Below, one piece after another: positions 24,146-32,509 of a stretch of 39,139 nt of DNA. Within the stretch, counting starts at the first letter, position 1; every line of letters begins with the position of its first letter. The stretch lies in NCBI GenBank assembly GCA_039714935.1, contig JBDLIJ010000002.1, forward strand, positions 1 to 39,139. Direction: 5' to 3'. A program made the position numbers and the translations under genes. Under the pieces are notes generated by a model. The model was not told where the DNA came from, ran no database searches, and saw only the letters and a program-made list of their open reading frames with translations. This DNA is from Bacteroidota bacterium (lineage in GTDB: Bacteria; Bacteroidota; Bacteroidia; Bacteroidales; B18-G4).

Positions 24146-25897
24146 ATGAAAACTTATTTTCTTACAATTGCTGTACTCATTAGTATCCCTTTATTGAATA
24201 CAGCTTACTCACAGCCATTGGAATATGGTGATGCTCCTGAGGCAGTGATCGCGTATCCGTCTAGCGGCATTATTGGTACGTTCCCCACTTGTATCCAGGT
24301 AGGAACGAGTTTTGTTCAGCACAATAATTTTGGTGCACAACTGGGCCCTGCCTTCGATTTTGAGATAGATGGAAACGGGGGGCTGTGCCCCACTTTTGCA
24401 CCCTACGATAATGATGAATGTTATGCTGACGGGGATGCAGGATTGCTCATCCCCGAGCCGTATACCATAGTAAATAATCAGGTTGTTACCTGTCCTAACA
24501 GCACGGGTACTTCATTGGGGCAAACATGTGCTATTGCAACCTGGGGTGGGAATGTAGACATAGATGTAAGTAATTTTATGCCTAACCAGACACCCGGAAT
24601 AATGAATGTGGTGATTGATTTTAATCAGAATGGCGTCTGGGGCGACATGGTGACTTGTCCGACGGGGCAGGTGCCTGAGCACATATTGCAAAACTTTGTA
24701 GTACCATGGGGGTATGCAGGCCCGCTATCAGGGCTGATGCCGCCTGCATTTACCATCGGCCCCAATACCGGTTATGTATGGGCACGATTTACGATATCAG
24801 AAGCTCCGGTTGCAATAAATTGGGACGGACAGGGCGTGTTTGAAGATGGCGAGTCAGAAGATTACCTGATCCATATCCATGCACCTACATCCGATGCGGA
24901 ATATGGTGATGCTCCTGAGGGCGCAATTGCTTACCCCTCAACTTCATTGAATGGGGCATTCCCGACATGCATCAGTGTTGGGCCACCAAACCATTACGTA
25001 AGCCACATGCTTGAAGAGACGCTCTACTGGGGGCCAACGAAAGATTTTGAAACCGATGGCAATGCCGGCCTGTGTAGTCCTTTTATCGCACCCTATGATA
25101 ATGACGAATGCTATCAGGATAATGATGCAGGCCTTATTATCCCTGCTCCATACACCATCCAGGTGAGTGGTGGCAGTCACAACGTCGTGCCCTGTGTGGC
25201 AGGAACTGCCGGCATCCTTGATTCTATCTGTAATATGGTACACTGGGGTTCCGAACTCGATATTCATGTTACCAACCTCAGCGCCATGGATGCGCTTGCC
25301 AATGTGTTGATGGATTTCAACCGTAATGGCAGGTGGGACCTGGATACCACCATGCAATGCAGTGGCAATACAGTATATGAGCATGTGCTGGTGAACTTTG
25401 TTGTTCCCGCAGGATACACCGGACAACTTTCTGCCCTGAACCCACCTGCTTTCCAGGCAGGACCTAATGTGGGGTATATATGGACAAGGTTTACAGTGAG
25501 CGACATCAATGTTACACCGGACTGGGACGGTGTGGGAAGCTTTGAGATGGGAGAGTCAGAAGATTACCTGCTGTACCTTGATCTTACTCCCGGCCTGATT
25601 GATTATGAAGGTTATGGAGAGTTGCTGAAACTGAAGATCTATCCTAATCCAACCAATCATTCATGTATGATAGCATATGCATTGCCCTATGCTGCTGATG
25701 TAAGTATCGATATTTATGATATTCGGGGCAGGCAGGTCGCCAATGTGTTGCAGGCATCACAGATGGCCGGTGAGCATGAGATTAATTGGAACGGGTCTGG
25801 TTCAGATGGCCATACTGTTGGTTCAGGGATATATATCGTGAAAGTAAGCATTGATAATATCCCCGTTGAACATGCCAAAGTGTTGATCAGCAATTAG
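24146..25897 (+). CDS. Secreted protein with two tandem GEVED-like Cys-rich domains and a T9SS type A C-terminal sorting domain
   Basis: The signal peptide is MKTYFLTIAVLISIPLLNTAYS. Two repeats each read EYGDAPE..IAYPS...FPTCI...DGN.GLC..(F)APYDNDECY.D.DAGL.IP.PYT...W.RFT.S...W.G.G.FE.GESEDYL. The C-terminus LKIYPNPTNHSCMIAY...GIYIVKV is Por_Secre_tail-like. Confidence 0.7.
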   Translation: MKTYFLTIAVLISIPLLNTAYSQPLEYGDAPEAVIAYPSSGIIGTFPTCIQVGTSFVQHNNFGAQLGPAFDFEIDGNGGLCPTFAPYDNDECYADGDAGLLIPEPYTIVNNQVVTCPNSTGTSLGQTCAIATWGGNVDIDVSNFMPNQTPGIMNVVIDFNQNGVWGDMVTCPTGQVPEHILQNFVVPWGYAGPLSGLMPPAFTIGPNTGYVWARFTISEAPVAINWDGQGVFEDGESEDYLIHIHAPTSDAEYGDAPEGAIAYPSTSLNGAFPTCISVGPPNHYVSHMLEETLYWGPTKDFETDGNAGLCSPFIAPYDNDECYQDNDAGLIIPAPYTIQVSGGSHNVVPCVAGTAGILDSICNMVHWGSELDIHVTNLSAMDALANVLMDFNRNGRWDLDTTMQCSGNTVYEHVLVNFVVPAGYTGQLSALNPPAFQAGPNVGYIWTRFTVSDINVTPDWDGVGSFEMGESEDYLLYLDLTPGLIDYEGYGELLKLKIYPNPTNHSCMIAYALPYAADVSIDIYDIRGRQVANVLQASQMAGEHEINWNGSGSDGHTVGSGIYIVKVSIDNIPVEHAKVLISN

Positions 25898-26072
25898 AAT
25901 TGCTGATAGAAATACATAGGTAAAGTGTTTCTTCAAGAGAAGACCAGCTTCAAGAATTTGGATATTCTGGATATATTTCGTACTTTGCTCGCTTATCTGT
26001 CTGTTTTTACAGACGATGCGATTATTTTTCGGTTGAATGCAGATTGTGTTGGTTAAATAACAAAAACCCCAA

Positions 26073-27152
26073 ATGACCATGAATTATTTAAACTTTACAC
26101 AAAGATTTGTTTTAATTGTACTATTGTCTTTTTTTACCATTTCATGTGAAAAGGATGAAATGGAAAAGACTGATGAGGTCAACGCAACTGCCTCTCTGAA
26201 AGGGGAAGCACAGGGATGTGAGGTCATCACCGACCTGATGGCAGGGCAAAATCTTGATGTTGGCGATGTCTCGGTAATTGATGATGGAACCAATATTTAC
26301 GTCACCTATGAGATTTTTGAGCCGGGATGGGGCATGACGCAGTCTCACCTGCATATTGCCGATGAGTTGAGCGGGATCCCGCAAACGCCAAAAGGAAATC
26401 CGAAGATAGGGAAGTTTGATTACCAGCAGGAACATAATATGGTTCAGAAATATACCTATATCGTGCCCAACAGCTGGCCGGCAGGAACAGAAGTGGTGAT
26501 CGCTGCACATGCTGTTGTCGAATATGATTACATGAGTGCTGCTGCCGGTGCACTCCCTGGTGCTGCAGGCCTTTTTCTGGAATATCCGTCTCATGTCAGC
26601 TATTTCACAAGCATAGTCACCCAGGGTGGGATATTGAATTTTGACAATTATGAAGGATGGTGCATCGATGCCGGACACGGGATATACCCCTATAAAGATT
26701 ATGATGTAATAGTGTATTCAAGCTATGGCGATCTAAGCAACCTTGGAAATGTAGACCACCCCGAACACCTCGACAAAGTGAACTGGGTGCTTAACCAGAA
26801 CTTTGTCGGTCAGCAAAGCTCGGCTTACGGAGCATATACAGCTTCTGATGTGCAAAGGGTCATATGGGAGCTGGTTGATGATAATCCTCCGACATATGTT
26901 GGAAACTGGGACAGGGTGCGCGAGATCCTTGAGCTCGCATATATTTATGGTGAAGGTTACGTTCCCGGCTGTGATGAGTTTATGGCAGTGGTGCTTGAAC
27001 CTACCGACAATGCGCAGGTGACTATTATTGAAGTAGCAGTGAGTGAGCTGACTAACGGATGTGACTACGGAGAAGAAACGGCCTGGGCCAGTGGCCTTCC
27101 GTTTCCAGGCAACAGCTGGGCGATGTACTTTATGTATACGATCTGCCCTTAA
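26073..27152 (+). CDS. Lipoprotein, paralog 1, with an inserted thioester-domain-like module
   Basis: The lipobox is LLSFFTISC. It shares an N-terminal domain and the closing motif YGEETAWASGLPFPGNSWAMYFMYTIC with the 27511 gene. About 180 extra aa lie between them. Confidence 0.7.
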   Translation: MTMNYLNFTQRFVLIVLLSFFTISCEKDEMEKTDEVNATASLKGEAQGCEVITDLMAGQNLDVGDVSVIDDGTNIYVTYEIFEPGWGMTQSHLHIADELSGIPQTPKGNPKIGKFDYQQEHNMVQKYTYIVPNSWPAGTEVVIAAHAVVEYDYMSAAAGALPGAAGLFLEYPSHVSYFTSIVTQGGILNFDNYEGWCIDAGHGIYPYKDYDVIVYSSYGDLSNLGNVDHPEHLDKVNWVLNQNFVGQQSSAYGAYTASDVQRVIWELVDDNPPTYVGNWDRVREILELAYIYGEGYVPGCDEFMAVVLEPTDNAQVTIIEVAVSELTNGCDYGEETAWASGLPFPGNSWAMYFMYTICP

Positions 27153-27229
27153 GACATAACGAGACTTAATGATGACCCGGGTGCGAATTGCAAATGTTTA
27201 AACCCGGTATTAACCCAACTTAAAAATCG

Positions 27230-27260
27230 GCTGCCCCGTACTCCTCGGGGTAGCTTTTTT
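27230..27260 (+). terminator. Intrinsic terminator
   Basis: gctgccccg-tactcct-cggggtagc followed by a T6 run. Confidence 0.7.
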
Positions 27261-27510
27261 CTTTCTGTTCATAAAATATTGTAAAATGTGATTACACCAG
27301 ATTCATTGAGCAAGCGCAAAGATTCTTAGGATAAATACATTAATTGACTGATTATAAGTAATGCCAGCTGTAAGTTAGTCAATGTAAAATTTGTAAACCC
27401 AAAATATTTATAGTATCTTGCCCCAAAGACTTGCCGCATTAGTGTTTTTCATGACCGGAAAAAGCAATAGCAGGCACTTTGCAGAAAGTCTTAACCCAAA
27501 ATCTTAAATT

Positions 27511-28509
27511 ATGATACGTACGATAAACCTGAAATGGGTATTCCTTACCCTTATCCTGGTGATGGTATTGCCTTCATGCCAGAAAGAAGAACAAAATTCC
27601 TCTGAATTAAGTACTCAACAAGCTCAGCTGAAGCAATCAGCAGGTGAATGTGATGTGGTCACAGACTTGCTTGCGGGACAGTTCACTGATGTTGGTGCCG
27701 TGAGTGTTACTCATGATGAGATGAACATTTACGTGACCTATCACATACTGGAAGCTGGCTGGTGTCTTAGCGAAACGCATATGCATGTTGCCCCTAACCT
27801 GGCGGGAATACCCCAAACAAAAAGTGGTAATCCAAAGGTTGGACACTTCGAATATCAGATGCAGCATGATTGCATCACTGAATACACTTATGCGGTGCCC
27901 ATCATCTGGGAGGAAGGTGCTACCGTTGTGATCGCCGCCCATGCGGTTGTTGATGGAGATTTTGGTGAAGAAACTGCCTGGGGCGATGGTGCTCCCTTTC
28001 CCGGGAACCAGTGGGCCACCTATTTTAGTTATCATATATGTGGTGAAGGGGGAGGAGGCCTGGGCTCTGAAAGCGAAGTGGCATATGCCTACGCCCCTGA
28101 AGGATCGCAGATCGCCAGCCAGTGTTTCCTGACGATGAACATTGCAAATGAATGGGGATGGCATCTGGGAGCATTCAGTGAGGACTACAGCTTTGAATTA
28201 TGGGCGCTGCCCAATACATGTGATTTTACCAATGGTTTTCATGTTGGATATGTTAATGTCGAATTTGTTGGTGGGAATAAAGTTGATGTAAGCTACCATA
28301 CATTTCCAGGCTACTCATTACATGAGGCACACCTCTGGGTCAGCACTGAACCATGGGTGGCTCCGCCTATGGTCAACCACGAAGACTTTCCCTATCATGC
28401 CTATGACCTTGGTGGCGTGATGGTATACTCATTCAAAAACATTATGCACAGAGGCCCGATGTTCATGATCGCACATGCACGGGTGTATGGGGTGATACAC
28501 GTTGGGTAG
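27511..28509 (+). CDS. Lipoprotein, paralog 2 (duplicated beta-rich domain, no insert)
   Basis: The lipobox is LVMVLPSC. The N-terminal domain is contiguous with FGEETAWGDGAPFPGNQWATYFSYHIC. A GGGG linker and a second, diverged copy of the N-terminal domain follow (GYVNVEFVGGNKVDVSYH..EAHLWVS..FMIAHARVYG). Confidence 0.7.
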   Translation: MIRTINLKWVFLTLILVMVLPSCQKEEQNSSELSTQQAQLKQSAGECDVVTDLLAGQFTDVGAVSVTHDEMNIYVTYHILEAGWCLSETHMHVAPNLAGIPQTKSGNPKVGHFEYQMQHDCITEYTYAVPIIWEEGATVVIAAHAVVDGDFGEETAWGDGAPFPGNQWATYFSYHICGEGGGGLGSESEVAYAYAPEGSQIASQCFLTMNIANEWGWHLGAFSEDYSFELWALPNTCDFTNGFHVGYVNVEFVGGNKVDVSYHTFPGYSLHEAHLWVSTEPWVAPPMVNHEDFPYHAYDLGGVMVYSFKNIMHRGPMFMIAHARVYGVIHVG

Positions 28510-28554
28510 GTGATGGGTGATGGGTGTTGGGTGTTGGGTGTTGGGTGTTGGGTG
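28510..28554 (+). repeat. Heptamer tandem repeat, GGTGATG x2 plus GGTGTTG x4; canonical G-quadruplex motif
   Basis: Six GGG runs (28515, 28522, 28529, 28536, 28543, 28550) are each separated by 4 nt. The tract starts right after the stop codon, in an 80-nt convergent intergenic gap. Confidence 0.85.
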
Positions 28555-28588
28555 AACTCCTCATTCAGACCTTGTATTGCATCACTCA

Positions 28589-29314
28589 CTAGGGGCATCT
28601 GTCATACAGGAAGCAGGGAAAGGTTTTCATCAGGAATGCTACGATCATATATCTTTTGGTGATGTAAACTACCTTGCGTTGTTTTCTGATGGCAGCGTAT
28701 ATTTGTTTAACCGCTTTTTCAAGTGAAGCTACAAGATAGGAAGGCCTGTCTGCAATGAACTCAGTTTTTACAAAGCCCGGCCTGATGTCTGTCACCTTGA
28801 CATTTAAATGCCTTTTATAACTCTTTTTCCTTAGTCCTTCCATGTATATGCACTGGTATGACTTTGATGCATGATAGGCAGCATGCATATGATTGCCGCG
28901 CAAGCCTGCCACAGACGAAATATTCACAACATGTCCGTGTCCCTGATTTTGCATATACTTAAACATAAAGGTCATGACATTGGTAAACCCGGTGATATTA
29001 ACCCTGATCACCTTATAATCCAGTAAAAAGCTGAGATCTTCATTTTTCACCCCCTGGCCTGAACAGTAAACGAACAGATCAACACCCCCCATTTCCTGAA
29101 TGAGCTTTTGCAGACAATTGATTGAATGCGTATGCTCAGTAACATCAAAGGCACTTATCACCACTTTTTCGGGGTATTTTTCCTGAATACTGAGAAGCTT
29201 TTCTTCACGACGGCCGGTAATGCCGACTACATACCCATCCTGAACCAATTGTTCTGCAAGACCTTTTCCAATTCCGGAGCTTGCTCCTACAATGATTGCT
29301 TTTTTATTTTCCAT
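28589..29314 (-). CDS. Short-chain dehydrogenase/reductase (SDR) family oxidoreductase
   Basis: KKAIIVGASSGIGKG is the TGxxxGxG-type motif. NISS..G and YHASK (YxxxK) form the catalytic motif. Confidence 0.9.
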   Translation of the reverse strand: MENKKAIIVGASSGIGKGLAEQLVQDGYVVGITGRREEKLLSIQEKYPEKVVISAFDVTEHTHSINCLQKLIQEMGGVDLFVYCSGQGVKNEDLSFLLDYKVIRVNITGFTNVMTFMFKYMQNQGHGHVVNISSVAGLRGNHMHAAYHASKSYQCIYMEGLRKKSYKRHLNVKVTDIRPGFVKTEFIADRPSYLVASLEKAVKQIYAAIRKQRKVVYITKRYMIVAFLMKTFPCFLYDRCP

Positions 29315-29714
29315 GGCTTTTTGTTTTGAGGTTTACTGATCTTTTCTCATTACAAAGTTGCATCAGTAATGGCCGGAAAAGGAATTGACGAAAGGCAGTA
29401 GAATGCCGAAACCGAGTGAAAATAATTATGATAAACTCCATCATCCATATAATGGTGTTACTTGCGAATCATCAGGCTTCTTTCCTGGTGCAATCTTAAT
29501 TTCTGCAAAAACATTTTCCCTTACTATGAAATATTGCCATGAAAAATCCAAGCCTTTAAACATTTAGCCATTTAACCCTAAAACCTATAGAACAGAGATA
29601 ACACGGATCAAACTGGTTTTCACGGAGTAGCCAATTAATCACATTTATTATTCCTGATTTTAGCTTATTTTTTTCCTGGCTGAATTCTACTATGGTAAAT
29701 ACATGATCTGATAC

Positions 29715-29722
29715 TAAGTTTG
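29715..29722 (+). promoter_or_regulatory. Candidate -7 box (TAagTTTG)
   Basis: Exact TAnnTTTG 40 nt upstream of the ATG at 29762. Confidence 0.4.
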
Positions 29723-29761
29723 ATCGTGGTAATTCCATTTTAACCAATAAAACACAGGATT

Positions 29762-31042
29762 ATGAAAAAGGCCGGCATTTTTATTTTGCTTTTTATAGGG
29801 ATGTATTATGTGTTACGATCACAGGATCAGCCTGACAGCTTGATATTCCAACGTGATAAGGCATTAAAAATATATCTTGATTGTGCCTATTGCGACCAGG
29901 ATTATTTCAATACGAATTTCTCCTCGGTTAACTATGTTGTGGAGCGTACTGTGGCGGATGTGTATATTCAGATTACCGCTATGAGGACAGCTACAGGAGG
30001 TACCCAGTATACGATGGTGTTGAAAGGCTATGGAAGATTCAGTTCGCATCAGGATACCCTGGTATTTAGTGTTCCGGCCCATGCAACAGAGGATCAAACA
30101 CGTACTGCTATCCTGGAGTATACACGGCTTGGCCTCGTGCCTTACCTGATGAAAACACCCATCAGAGAGCGTATTACACTGTTTATAGATGAAGATGAAG
30201 AGGGGTTTAATTATGTCGATCAATCTGATAAATGGAGAAACTGGTATTTTCAGGTCAATGGAGGAGGAGGGATCAATAATCAGAAATCATTGGAGAGCTA
30301 TAGCCTGAATGCCGGCCTGTATGTGAGCAAGGTAACGCCTGAAATAAAATTTGAATCCAGTAATAACTTCTCTTTTAGCGAGCAGAAATTTATGCTGTAT
30401 GACGGTGATTCCCTGATATATTCCAACTTTTCATCACAAAAAGAACTGAGTAGTGTAAACTTATTCGTAAAAAGCCTTGGAAATCATTTTGGCCTGGGCG
30501 TGGCCATGGGATATGTAAAAAGTGATTACCATAACCTGGATATGCAATTGAGTGTGGGACCTGCTGTAGAGTACAATCTGTATGATTATGCGCTGGCATC
30601 AACAAAGCAATTGAGATTTATATATGGTGTTGATTATGAGTATTCTGACTATATGGACACCACCATTTATAATGTGATGTATGAAACCCGTTTTACACAT
30701 GCATTATTTATTATCTATAGCTTTATTGAGGATAAATGGTCTGTGAATGCTTCTGCATTCGGCTCAAACTATCTGAATGATTTCACGAAATTTTCTGCAG
30801 GTGGGATGCTTAGTGCAAATTACTCATTCGACACGCCTGAGGGGCTTACCGTTTTTGGCTCCTGTGGCTTTAGCTATGTCAGGGATCAGGTAGGCCTGAA
30901 GAAGTCAGGTTTAAGCTCTGATGAGCTCTTGCTCGGCACCCAGGCAATGGAAACAGATTATAACTATAACTTCAATATAGGATTCAGGTTCAGCTTCGGA
31001 TCAATGTTTAATAATGTTGTAAATCCAAGATTTGACTTCTAG
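29762..31042 (+). CDS. Hypothetical outer-membrane protein (signal peptide, probable beta-barrel)
   Basis: There is a signal peptide. The C-terminal two thirds have alternating aromatic/polar strands and end in ..FRFSFGSMFNNVVNPRFDF. No family was recognised. Confidence 0.6.
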   Translation: MKKAGIFILLFIGMYYVLRSQDQPDSLIFQRDKALKIYLDCAYCDQDYFNTNFSSVNYVVERTVADVYIQITAMRTATGGTQYTMVLKGYGRFSSHQDTLVFSVPAHATEDQTRTAILEYTRLGLVPYLMKTPIRERITLFIDEDEEGFNYVDQSDKWRNWYFQVNGGGGINNQKSLESYSLNAGLYVSKVTPEIKFESSNNFSFSEQKFMLYDGDSLIYSNFSSQKELSSVNLFVKSLGNHFGLGVAMGYVKSDYHNLDMQLSVGPAVEYNLYDYALASTKQLRFIYGVDYEYSDYMDTTIYNVMYETRFTHALFIIYSFIEDKWSVNASAFGSNYLNDFTKFSAGGMLSANYSFDTPEGLTVFGSCGFSYVRDQVGLKKSGLSSDELLLGTQAMETDYNYNFNIGFRFSFGSMFNNVVNPRFDF

Positions 31043-31125
31043 TCATCCCCCCATCCCCCAGTCCCCCTTTTCCACCAATTCCATTTCTCATGGTTTTCTG
31101 CCATGCTTAAGGATAGATCTGATAG

Positions 31126-31133
31126 TAATTTTG
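31126..31133 (+). promoter_or_regulatory. Candidate -7 box (TAatTTTG)
   Basis: Exact TAnnTTTG inside the long ORF version. It supports the ATG at 31178 (MKYISVFLATIFIAIC signal peptide) as the true start. Confidence 0.45.
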
Positions 31134-31177
31134 GTAATGTTAAACAAATGCTATTGTCTAATCATAAACACAATGTC

Positions 31178-31681
31178 ATGAAATATATATCAGTTTTCCT
31201 CGCCACAATTTTCATTGCCATCTGCATGGAAGCCCAAAATAGTTCTTTGCTATATGCGGAACTTAAAACAATCGATGGCCTACCTACCAGCTCAGAAGAG
31301 ATCATTGAAGCTGGTGTGGTCACCATCCTGGTTTTCTGGAAGACGTGCAATAAAGATTGTCGCGCAAACCTTGATGCGCTGCATGAGGCTTGGCAGGAAG
31401 AACTGGAGCCCAGAGGCGTTAAGATGGTAGCCATATGTGTGGATGGCACGGGATCACTGGATCATGTCAAGCCACTTGTATATGGAAACAGGTGGGAATT
31501 TGATACTTACGTCGATGTGAATTGTGAGCTGAAGCGAGCGATGAATGTGAACACTGTTCCTTGTACACTATTGTTTGATGATGCACGACAAATCATTTGC
31601 CGCCATGATGGCTTTTGTACAGGCAGTGAAGCTATTCTCTGTGAAAAGATCCAGGGCCGGGCCATTGCTGCTTTGGATTAA
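31178..31681 (+). CDS. Secreted thioredoxin-fold (TlpA/redoxin-like) protein with an atypical CX3C site
   Basis: VTILVFWKTCNKDCRANL aligns to the FWATWCGPC region of TlpA-like proteins. GVKMVAICVD and VNTVPCTLLFD match the following strands, including the cis-Pro position. Confidence 0.6.
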   Translation: MKYISVFLATIFIAICMEAQNSSLLYAELKTIDGLPTSSEEIIEAGVVTILVFWKTCNKDCRANLDALHEAWQEELEPRGVKMVAICVDGTGSLDHVKPLVYGNRWEFDTYVDVNCELKRAMNVNTVPCTLLFDDARQIICRHDGFCTGSEAILCEKIQGRAIAALD

Positions 31682-31712
31682 GCTGTAATTGTCAGCTTCC
31701 CTTTGCCCTTAT

Positions 31713-32498
31713 TCAGGAAACAGATTTTATAAACTTATGAACTTCAGCATTGAAGACGTCAGCTTTTTCAACCGGAAGCGCATGGCGTGCATCCTTGATG
31801 ACCAGCAGGCTGCAATCAGGCATTTTTTCGGCAAAATATTTTTTAATTTCTACAGAGGTGTAGTCCAGCTCGGAAGCCAGCATAAAAGTGGGAACCCTGA
31901 TATTTTCTAACTGATCTGCAACTGACCAGCTTCGTATGGCCTGGATGGTATTCAGATAGGCTTTTTTATCATTTTTTGCCCATTCTTCTATGAACTCACT
32001 TCTGATCTCTTCGTAGTCCTGCCCTATAAAAAGCTGTTTGCTTAAGAGCCTGGCCATTGTTCGCAGCCCTAACAGCCTGGTGATCAAAATGCGAAGCCGT
32101 ACCCTGATCCAGACTTTAGGACCACCCTTAACAAATCCCGGGATACTATTTACGATGCACATCGACCTGACTAATTCAGGGTGGTCGAGTGCCAGTTGAA
32201 ATGCCACAAAACCGCCCAGCGACATGCCTATCACGTGGACAGGCTTATCGGTAATGCTTCTTATCAGCACTTCACAGTCCTGGCTGAATTGTTTTATGGA
32301 GTATGCAGATGCCGGCTTGTCAGACTGCCCATGTCCTCTTATATCATAGCATATCACCTGGTAATCTTTAGAGAAATAGTTTAGCTGATATTTCCATCCT
32401 ATGGTACTTGAGCCAAGTCCGTGAATAAACAGCAGGGGAGGGCCTGAGCCAAGAACCTCATAATAAGTGCTGATATCATTTTCTTTTAGAAAAGGCAT
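31713..32498 (-). CDS. Alpha/beta hydrolase
   Basis: LLFIHGLGSS, the nucleophile elbow GMSLGG, and C-terminal D/H positions (IKDARHAL) are present. Confidence 0.85.
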   Translation of the reverse strand: MPFLKENDISTYYEVLGSGPPLLFIHGLGSSTIGWKYQLNYFSKDYQVICYDIRGHGQSDKPASAYSIKQFSQDCEVLIRSITDKPVHVIGMSLGGFVAFQLALDHPELVRSMCIVNSIPGFVKGGPKVWIRVRLRILITRLLGLRTMARLLSKQLFIGQDYEEIRSEFIEEWAKNDKKAYLNTIQAIRSWSVADQLENIRVPTFMLASELDYTSVEIKKYFAEKMPDCSLLVIKDARHALPVEKADVFNAEVHKFIKSVS

Positions 32499-32509
32499 AG
32501 CTGGTCATA

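Noticed and set aside
26142-26678. Long antisense or alternate-frame ORFs from the track. Examples: 26142-26678, 27637-28164, 24944-25426, 17616-18101, 10512-10919, 19687-20094, 7007-7348, 9654-10199, 22891-23491.
   Set aside because: Each lies entirely within a longer ORF that has clear family motifs. Their translations are low complexity or Cys/Arg/Ser-rich, as is typical of shadow frames, and none shows a recognisable motif.
29315-29761. The 447-nt intergenic region between the SDR and the outer-membrane protein gene was examined for a riboswitch, sRNA or small genes (ORFs 29385-29567 and 29556-29747).
   Set aside because: I could recognise no conserved riboswitch core, strong hairpin/terminator pair or protein motif. 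Only a TAagTTTG box near the downstream gene was found. A weak resemblance of acacggatcaaactgg to the GGATCA hairpin element is too short to call.
31680-31698. Hairpin aagctg-taattgt-cagctt as a bidirectional terminator between convergent genes.
   Set aside because: The stem is only 6 bp and there is no flanking T or A run, so it is too weak to annotate.
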